Source of the DNA: Candidatus Pacebacteria bacterium CG10_big_fil_rev_8_21_14_0_10_44_54
GTDB lineage: Bacteria > Patescibacteriota > Microgenomatia > UBA1400 > PJMF01
Direction of reading: 5' to 3'
DNA: 64,000 bases
NCBI GenBank assembly: GCA_002772695.1
Contig: PFDI01000006.1
Location: forward strand, 1,214 to 65,213
Under the pieces are notes generated by a model. The model worked only from the letters and a program-made list of their open reading frames with translations. It searched no databases and was not told where the DNA came from. Shown here piece after piece: positions 57,521-64,000 of the stretch. The number at the start of each line of letters is the position of its first letter. Position 1 is the stretch's first letter. The translations under genes and the position numbers were made by a program.

Positions 57521-57549
57521 ATTATACAAACAATTTCTCGAGAAGTAAA
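57521..57549 (-). promoter_or_regulatory. near-consensus sigma-70-like promoter of the S10 operon (TTTACT-N17-TATAAT on the minus strand)
   Basis: Minus-strand sequence TTTACTTCTCGAGAAATTGTTTGTATAAT lies about 30 nt upstream of the rpsJ ATG. The spacing and -10 are consensus. Confidence 0.55.
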
Positions 57550-57581
57550 CCCCGTCACTCGAGATAAGATTGTTTATTTGC

Positions 57582-57618
57582 AAAAAAAAGAAGCGCCCGA
57601 GATTTACTCGAGCGCTTC
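57582..57618 (-). terminator. rho-independent terminator downstream of tuf
   Basis: Minus-strand GAAGCGC-(15-nt loop)-GCGCTTC 7-bp GC-rich stem followed by T8. Confidence 0.7.
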
Positions 57619-57633
57619 AATGTTTTCTGTATC

Positions 57634-58830
57634 TTATTTCAAGATTTTTGTAATCGCTCCTGCACCAATTGTGTGCCCACCTTCTCGGATAGCAAAACGC
57701 AATCCTTCGTGCAGCGCTACTGGAACAATTAGTTTTACTGTCATTTTGGCATTATCACCAGGAATAACCATCTCAACGCCATCTGGCAAAGTGATCTCAC
57801 CTGTCACGTCAGTTGTTCTGATATAAAACTGTGGACGATACCCAGTAAAGAATGGCTTGTGACGACCACCCTCTTCTTTAGTCAGAATGTAAACCTCTGC
57901 CTCAAATTCGGTGTGTGGTTTTGCCGTACCTGGCTTGGCCAAAACTTGTCCACGCTCGACATCATCTTTGCCAACACCGCGCAAGAGAATGCCGACGTTG
58001 TCGCCAGCCTCACCTTGATCAAGCATCTTTCGGAACATTTCAACACCTGTGACCGTTGTTTTCTGTGCTTTGTGCAAGCCAACAATTTCAATTTCCTCGC
58101 CAACTTTGACAACACCGGTGGCGATTCTACCAGTAACAACAGTACCCCTCCCTTTGATTGAAAAAACATCTTCGATTGGCATTGAAAAGGGCTTATCAAG
58201 ATCGCGAACTGGATCTGGTACGTACTCGTCAACCGTATTCATGAGCTCCATTACCTTTGCTTGTGCGTCTTTGTCACCTTCTAGTGCCTTGAGTGCGCTA
58301 ACACGAACTATTGGAGTTTTGTCACCATCATAACCATACTTAGTAAGCAGCTCTCTCACTTCCATCTCGACCAAATCAAGCAGTTCTTCATCATCGACCA
58401 TGTCAACTTTATTAAGAGCGACGACAATTTGTGGAACGTTGACTTGCTTTGCCAAGAGAATATGCTCTCGAGTCTGAGGCATTGGTCCATCTGTCGCAGC
58501 AACCACCAAAATCGCGCCATCCATTTGAGCTGCACCAGTAATCATGTTCTTGATGTAGTCGGCGTGACCAGGGGCATCGATGTGTGCGTAGTGACGTTTT
58601 TCTGTTTCGTACTCAAGGTGAGAAATATTGATAGTAACACCGCGAGCTGCTTCTTCGGGTGCGTTATCAATATCACCGTATCCCATAGCTTTGTTGATGT
58701 CTGACGGCATATTCGCAGCAAGCGTGGTAGTAATCGCCGCCGAAAGCGTTGTCTTTCCGTGATCAACATGACCAATCGTCCCGATGTTTACATGTTGTTT
58801 GTTGCGAACAAATTTTTTTGCATCTGCCAT
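57634..58830 (-). CDS. tuf: elongation factor Tu
   Basis: [18 protein letters not shown] and NKVDMV GTPase motifs. The full domain 2/3 is present, ending [10 protein letters not shown]. Confidence 0.97.
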   Translation of the reverse strand: MADAKKFVRNKQHVNIGTIGHVDHGKTTLSAAITTTLAANMPSDINKAMGYGDIDNAPEEAARGVTINISHLEYETEKRHYAHIDAPGHADYIKNMITGAAQMDGAILVVAATDGPMPQTREHILLAKQVNVPQIVVALNKVDMVDDEELLDLVEMEVRELLTKYGYDGDKTPIVRVSALKALEGDKDAQAKVMELMNTVDEYVPDPVRDLDKPFSMPIEDVFSIKGRGTVVTGRIATGVVKVGEEIEIVGLHKAQKTTVTGVEMFRKMLDQGEAGDNVGILLRGVGKDDVERGQVLAKPGTAKPHTEFEAEVYILTKEEGGRHKPFFTGYRPQFYIRTTDVTGEITLPDGVEMVIPGDNAKMTVKLIVPVALHEGLRFAIREGGHTIGAGAITKILK

Positions 58831-58868
58831 TTTGCCTCCGATTTTTATACTTTCAAACTACTACTAAA

Positions 58869-60995
58869 TTATTTCTGCCGTTCTGCGATGATTTTTTCTG
58901 TTATCGACTGCGGAACAATGTCATAATGACTTGGGAGCATCACAGAAGATGCTCGTCCCTGAGTCATACTTCTGAGAATTGTAACATAGCCCTGCATCTC
59001 TGCCAATGGTGCGAGTGCAGTGATGATTGTTGCAGCACCTCGAGAGGTCGTACCTTGAATTTGTGCGCGACGAGAGCCGAGATCGCCAATAACATCGCCC
59101 ATGAATTCTTCTGGAGTGGAAACTTCAAGTTTCATGATTGGTTCGAGCAATACCATGCCAGCAGCTTTTACACCTTCACGCATACCAAGTGATCCAGCCA
59201 TCTTGAAGGCTAACTCACTAGAATCAACATCGTGATATGAACCATCATAGAGCGCAACGGAAATATCAGTTAACTGATAACCAGCCAGAAAGCCGCGCTC
59301 GAGAGATTCTTGAATACCTTTATTGGTTGGCTCTATATACTCACGTGGAACCGATCCACCAGTAATTTCATTTTTGAATTCATAGCCAGTGCCTCGATCT
59401 TTTGGTTCCAAACGAAGCAAAACATGACCGTACTGGCCACGACCACCACTCTGTTTGATGTACTTACCTTCACCCTCACTTGCTTTGGTAATCGTCTCTT
59501 TATACGCAACTTGTGGCTTACCAACGTTGGCATCGACGCCAAATTCTCGCTTCATGCGATCAACAATAATCTCAAGATGTAGCTCACCCATACCGCCAAT
59601 TATTGTCTGGCCAGTATCGGCATTGGAGCTAATTTTAAAAGTAGGGTCTTCTTCACCGAGCTTAGCAAGTGCCATACCCATTTTTTCTTGATCAGATTTG
59701 GTTCTTGGTTCGATTGCAAGTGAGATAACTGGCTCAGAAAAGGTAATGCCCTCAAGAATAATTGGGTGTGCTTCATCACAGAGTGTGTCGCCAGTCTTAG
59801 TATCTTTTAGTCCCACAACAGCCACAATCTCACCTGCTCGCGCTTCAGTGATCTCTTCACGCTGGTTGGCATGCATTAGAAGCAAACGACCCACACGCTC
59901 TTTTTTCTTACGGGTAGAATTGTAAACGTATGTACCTGCCTTGAGAACACCTGAGTACACACGACAGTATGTGAGCTTACCCACATGTGGATCGGTTTGG
60001 ATTTTGAAAGATAGAATACTGAGTTCTTCCTCTGGTACTAGTTGGCGAACAATTGGTTCATCTGTTCTTGGATTGATGCCTTCAATGTGATCTATATCTG
60101 TTGGAGATGGTAAATACTCTACTACTGCATCAAGAACTGGTTGTACACCCGTATTCTTCAGTGATGAGCCAGCAAATACTGGGACAAGTTTGTAGGCAAT
60201 AACCGCGCGACGCAAGGCTGCTTTTAGCTCATCAATACTAATTTCTTCTTCAGCGAAAAATTTCTCAAGTAGAACATCATCTGTTTCGGCGATTGCCTCT
60301 ACAAGCTCTGCTCTCATTTTCTCGGCTTCTACTTGGAATTCTTCTGGAATATCACGGATTTCTGGTTCTGTGTCAACAGCATTGTCTTTCCAGAACAATG
60401 CCTTGCGCTCTATCAGCTGTACCACCCCGCGAAAATCATTTTCAGCTCCCATTGGCAGTACCATAACAGCTGGCTTAACACCAAATTTCACTCGAATATC
60501 CTCGACAGTTGCCAAAAAATCTGCGCCTAGTTTGTCCATTTTATTGACAAAACAAATGCGTGGCACGTTATATTTGTCGGCTTGTCGCCAAACTGTTTCT
60601 GACTGTGACTGCACACCTTCACTGGCGTCAAGCACAGTCACGCCACCATCAAGTACGCGCAAACTGCGCTCTACTTCGGCTGTAAAGTCTACATGACCTG
60701 GTGTGTCAATTATATTGAGTCGATAGGGCAGTTTATCCAAGTGAGCGTCAAAGTATGGAGTCCAGAAAGCAGTAGTCGCGGCAGAAACAATGGTAATGCC
60801 ACGCTCTTGCTCTTGTGCCATCCAATCCATAGTGGCAGCACCCTCATGCACCTCGCCGATCTTGTATGTCTTACCAGTAAAGTACAAAATGCGCTCAGTT
60901 GTGGTGGTTTTGCCAGCATCAATATGCGCAATAATACCTATATTACGAATGCGGCTTAATGGAACCTTGATGGATGTGGGTATCTGGGTAGCCAT
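58869..60995 (-). CDS. fusA: elongation factor G
   Basis: [25 protein letters not shown]. 708 aa. Confidence 0.97.
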   Translation of the reverse strand: MATQIPTSIKVPLSRIRNIGIIAHIDAGKTTTTERILYFTGKTYKIGEVHEGAATMDWMAQEQERGITIVSAATTAFWTPYFDAHLDKLPYRLNIIDTPGHVDFTAEVERSLRVLDGGVTVLDASEGVQSQSETVWRQADKYNVPRICFVNKMDKLGADFLATVEDIRVKFGVKPAVMVLPMGAENDFRGVVQLIERKALFWKDNAVDTEPEIRDIPEEFQVEAEKMRAELVEAIAETDDVLLEKFFAEEEISIDELKAALRRAVIAYKLVPVFAGSSLKNTGVQPVLDAVVEYLPSPTDIDHIEGINPRTDEPIVRQLVPEEELSILSFKIQTDPHVGKLTYCRVYSGVLKAGTYVYNSTRKKKERVGRLLLMHANQREEITEARAGEIVAVVGLKDTKTGDTLCDEAHPIILEGITFSEPVISLAIEPRTKSDQEKMGMALAKLGEEDPTFKISSNADTGQTIIGGMGELHLEIIVDRMKREFGVDANVGKPQVAYKETITKASEGEGKYIKQSGGRGQYGHVLLRLEPKDRGTGYEFKNEITGGSVPREYIEPTNKGIQESLERGFLAGYQLTDISVALYDGSYHDVDSSELAFKMAGSLGMREGVKAAGMVLLEPIMKLEVSTPEEFMGDVIGDLGSRRAQIQGTTSRGAATIITALAPLAEMQGYVTILRSMTQGRASSVMLPSHYDIVPQSITEKIIAERQK

Positions 60996-61004
60996 GGCTC
61001 TTTC

Positions 61005-61481
61005 TTACCAACGGAAGTGAGCGAATGCTTTATTTGCTTCGGCCATCCTATGTGCGGTTTGCTTACGATTGATTGCCCCACCAGTATTTTCTAAAGCATC
61101 GAGCATCTCTGCAGCCAATTTTTCACCAAATGAATGAAGTTGCTTATTTGGACGCTTGTTTGACTCCTGAACTAACCAGCGCAAGGCAAGTGCCTCACTT
61201 CTGCGCGGTCGTACTGGCATAGGCACTTGGTATGCCGCACCACCAACGCGACGAGATCGCACTTCCATTTGCGGTGTGACTGCCGCAAGTACTGTTTCAA
61301 GCAGTTCGAGTGGTTTCTTCTTGGACTGTGTTGCAGCTGATTCGAGTGCTCTATAGACTTGCTTTCTTGCCACACTCTGCTTGCCATCTTTCATTACGTA
61401 ATTGATCAAACGAGAAACGGTAACAGAATGATATTTACTGTCTGGAGCTATATTTCTAACTGGTGGTCGTTTTGATCTCAT
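61005..61481 (-). CDS. rpsG: 30S ribosomal protein S7
   Basis: S7 fold, 158 aa. It sits in the str-operon position. Confidence 0.9.
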   Translation of the reverse strand: MRSKRPPVRNIAPDSKYHSVTVSRLINYVMKDGKQSVARKQVYRALESAATQSKKKPLELLETVLAAVTPQMEVRSRRVGGAAYQVPMPVRPRRSEALALRWLVQESNKRPNKQLHSFGEKLAAEMLDALENTGGAINRKQTAHRMAEANKAFAHFRW

Positions 61482-61498
61482 ATATATGGATTCTTGAA

Positions 61499-61906
61499 CT
61501 AACTACGCTTTACACCGTACTTACTGCGACTGGTCTTGCGTCCATCTACGCCAGTAGCATCGTACTTACCGCGTACAATATGATACTTCACACCAGGCAA
61601 ATCTTTAACCCGACCGCCACGAACCAACACTATGCTATGCTCAGCCAAAGAGTGGCCTTCCCCCATAATATAGGCTGTAACCTCCATCTTATTGGATAAA
61701 CGAACACGAGCAACTTTCCGCAATGCTGAGTTTGGCTTCTTTGGGGTCATAGTCTTTACCACCGTACAAACACCACGTTTTTGTGGGTTTGTTGTTTTGA
61801 CTGGTCGACCAGTTACAGAATTAAAGCTGCGACGGAGTGCGGTCGCTTTAACCTTACTTGACTTGCTTTTACGACCCTTACGAACTAATTGATTTATTGT
61901 TGGCAT
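61499..61906 (-). CDS. rpsL: 30S ribosomal protein S12
   Basis: [13 protein letters not shown] start and [11 protein letters not shown] motif. Confidence 0.95.
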   Translation of the reverse strand: MPTINQLVRKGRKSKSSKVKATALRRSFNSVTGRPVKTTNPQKRGVCTVVKTMTPKKPNSALRKVARVRLSNKMEVTAYIMGEGHSLAEHSIVLVRGGRVKDLPGVKYHIVRGKYDATGVDGRKTSRSKYGVKRS

Positions 61907-61966
61907 ATATCTTCTCTCGAGTTCATGATTTTATCACATTCCCTGGCTGAGTGCAGGGGGAGATCA

Positions 61967-64000
61967 CTACATTCTTGCACGCTCCTCACTAGTCGGGATA
62001 AGACGACCAATTATAACGTTCTCCTTGAGACCCTGTAGTTCGTCAACTGCACCAATACTCGCGGCATCAGTCAAAATGTGTTTGGTGTGTTGAAACGAAG
62101 CTGCCGAAAGCCAAGAGTCTGTGTAGAGAGAAGATCGGGTGATACCAAGGAATAATACCTTAGCCGTTGCCGGTTCGCCACCAGCCGCAATAGTCTCTTC
62201 GTTGATTTGACTAAAGCGGCTTCGTTGCACAATTTCACCAGCCAAAAAGGAAGTATCGCCAGATGCCTCAATCTGCAACTTATCACTCATCTTGCGAACA
62301 ATGACTTCAAAATGCTTGTCGTGGATAGGAATACCTTGCGACTCGTAAACACGCTGTACCTCTCGAACAAGATGCTGTTGCACTGGCAAAAGCCCTTGCA
62401 GCTGTAGTAATTCTCTGAGGTTAATTGATCCGCCAGTCAATTGTTGACCAATATGTACTAGGTCTCCATCTTCTACAATGAGTGGCGTACGACTTGGAAC
62501 AGTGTACTCGACCTTATCCGTACTACCAATAGTAATGGTAGTTTCGTCATTCTTAGTTTTAATCCTCACTTTTCCGGCTACTTCTGCAATTAGCGCTTGA
62601 TTTTTTGGGTTGCGAGCCTCAAGCAATTCTTCAACGCGAGGAAGCCCTTGTGTCACATCAAGACCGACGATACCACCAGAGTGCTTGACACGCATGGTTA
62701 GTTGTGTTCCTGGTTCACCAATCGACTGAGCGGCAACAATGCCAACTGGAACACCGATCTGCACCATATCATGGGTGGAAAAATCCCAACCATAGCACTT
62801 CGAGCACATGCCTTTAATTGCCTGGCATGCTAGTGGTGATCGAACAAAAACTGGACTAATCTTTGCTTGTGCAATGTCTTGAGAAAGTGTAGGAGTAATG
62901 ATATCTCCCTGTTTTACAAAGACTTTCTTACCAACCTTAATCTCTTGTGCCGCAATACGACCCATGATTCTGGTTGCATAGATATCTGGACGATCTGCTT
63001 GGGAAATTTCGATACCTTCAGTCGCACCACAATCCTCAAGTCTGATAATAACATCATGCGAAACATCGCATAATCTACGTGTCAAATATCCTGCATCCGC
63101 AGTTTTGATAGCAGAGTCTGTCAGTCCTTTTCTCGATCCACGAGCCGAAGTTACATACTCAAAAATTGAAAGACCCTCACGAAAATTTGACTTGGTAGGC
63201 ATTTCTACGATGTTTCCCAAGGGATCAACAACCAAACCACGCATGGCGGCAAGTTGCTTAACCTGATCCTTAGAAGCACGAGTACCACCTGAGTTGATCA
63301 TAACTTTGACCGCATTTGTCTCAGGATATGAATTCCAAGTTTTTTCGGCAACCGTGTCGGTCGTCTTGATCCAAACGTCAAATGACAACCGCTTGCGTTC
63401 ATCAGCAGAGATACTACCTTCAAGATACTCTTCTTGGATTGTCTCAGCCTGCTTGTTTGCAAGCTCAATAATGCCATCTTTTTCTGGGATCATGGCACAA
63501 TCTGTCACCGAAACAGAAAGTCCTGAGTCAGTTGCTGCGCGAAAACCAAGGTCTTTGATGTCATCAATCAGCGCTGACACTTCTGCCTGCTCGTGAACTT
63601 GAATCGCCCGAGTAACAATCTGCTTGATTCTCTGTGCATTTACCGGCTCGTTGATAAACTCGAACGAATCTGGTAATACCGCATTAAAAAGCAGTCTCCC
63701 AACGGTTGTCTCGAGTCGTTCAAACTTTCCATTTATCTCAACACGAACAGTGATTTGTTGTCTGCGAGTGATATGACCTGTCTGGTATGCAAGTAGCGCT
63801 TCATCTGTATTGGCAAAAACTTTTGCAAATACTGGTCTGGCTTCATTAACTAAAGTTAAATAGTAAATACCCATAGCCATTTCTTTGTTTGGCACGGTAA
63901 TTGGTTCGCCATTTGCTGGCTTTAGCAAGTTGTGTGTCGCCATCATCTGACTACTTGCTTCTGCCTGTGCTTCGACAGTCAGTGGGACATGAACAGCCAT
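61967..64000 (-). CDS. rpoC: DNA-directed RNA polymerase subunit beta' (C-terminal ~677 aa; the 5' end lies beyond the window)
   Basis: The ORF is open to the right edge. Conserved beta' C-terminal regions are present, and it sits immediately upstream of rpsL as in the str operon. Confidence 0.9.
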   Translation of the reverse strand: MAVHVPLTVEAQAEASSQMMATHNLLKPANGEPITVPNKEMAMGIYYLTLVNEARPVFAKVFANTDEALLAYQTGHITRRQQITVRVEINGKFERLETTVGRLLFNAVLPDSFEFINEPVNAQRIKQIVTRAIQVHEQAEVSALIDDIKDLGFRAATDSGLSVSVTDCAMIPEKDGIIELANKQAETIQEEYLEGSISADERKRLSFDVWIKTTDTVAEKTWNSYPETNAVKVMINSGGTRASKDQVKQLAAMRGLVVDPLGNIVEMPTKSNFREGLSIFEYVTSARGSRKGLTDSAIKTADAGYLTRRLCDVSHDVIIRLEDCGATEGIEISQADRPDIYATRIMGRIAAQEIKVGKKVFVKQGDIITPTLSQDIAQAKISPVFVRSPLACQAIKGMCSKCYGWDFSTHDMVQIGVPVGIVAAQSIGEPGTQLTMRVKHSGGIVGLDVTQGLPRVEELLEARNPKNQALIAEVAGKVRIKTKNDETTITIGSTDKVEYTVPSRTPLIVEDGDLVHIGQQLTGGSINLRELLQLQGLLPVQQHLVREVQRVYESQGIPIHDKHFEVIVRKMSDKLQIEASGDTSFLAGEIVQRSRFSQINEETIAAGGEPATAKVLFLGITRSSLYTDSWLSAASFQHTKHILTDAASIGAVDELQGLKENVIIGRLIPTSEERARM

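Noticed and set aside
1-64000. CRISPR arrays, rRNA genes, transposases/integrases, or prophage blocks
   Set aside because: Scanning found no regularly spaced direct repeats, no 16S/23S/5S-like conserved stretches, and no ORFs with DDE transposase, integrase, capsid or terminase motifs. The window looks like core chromosome.

Overview
This window reads as a 64-kb chromosomal segment from a small-genome bacterium; I infer a Patescibacteria/CPR lineage, possibly Saccharibacteria-like, from gene content and architecture, with no database search possible. Coding density is high, start/stop overlaps are frequent, and GC is moderate. The right ~23 kb (41.3-64 kb, minus strand) is the conserved ribosomal super-operon. 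It runs from the rpoC 3' end through rpsL-rpsG-fusA-tuf, the S10/spc/alpha blocks, secY-adk-map-infA-rpmJ, and on to rpoA-rplQ-rplM-rpsI. There is no room for rpmD (L30) between rpsE and rplO, and many ribosomal proteins carry Lys/Ala-rich tails. The left 41 kb is mostly housekeeping on the plus strand: rmuC, metG, tatD, a UvrD-nuclease, alkA-like, crp-like, recA, rny, secG, prfB, ftsEX plus an M23 peptidase, hup and an ABC transporter. Two envelope-related clusters sit among these genes. (i) Six genes at 6.9-13.7 kb encode a GT2, two GT-C (PMT/ArnT-like) transferases, a WecA-like phosphotransferase and a UbiA-family DPPR-synthase-like prenyl-phosphate phosphoribosyltransferase. (ii) Three tightly packed minus-strand genes at 25.2-29.6 kb encode an alpha/beta hydrolase, a MurF-like ligase whose N-terminal domain is replaced by a polytopic membrane domain, and a single 749-aa DegT-aminotransferase::FemAB-aminoacyltransferase fusion. 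Cluster (ii) is my main candidate for an undescribed envelope aminoacylation/peptide-ligation system. Other annotations include a tRNA-Pro(GGG) at 20619-20692 (minus), a truncated tadA-like pseudogene, a four-gene small-membrane-protein cluster, two rho-independent terminators and a near-consensus promoter for the S10 operon. I found no CRISPR arrays, rRNAs or clear mobile elements.
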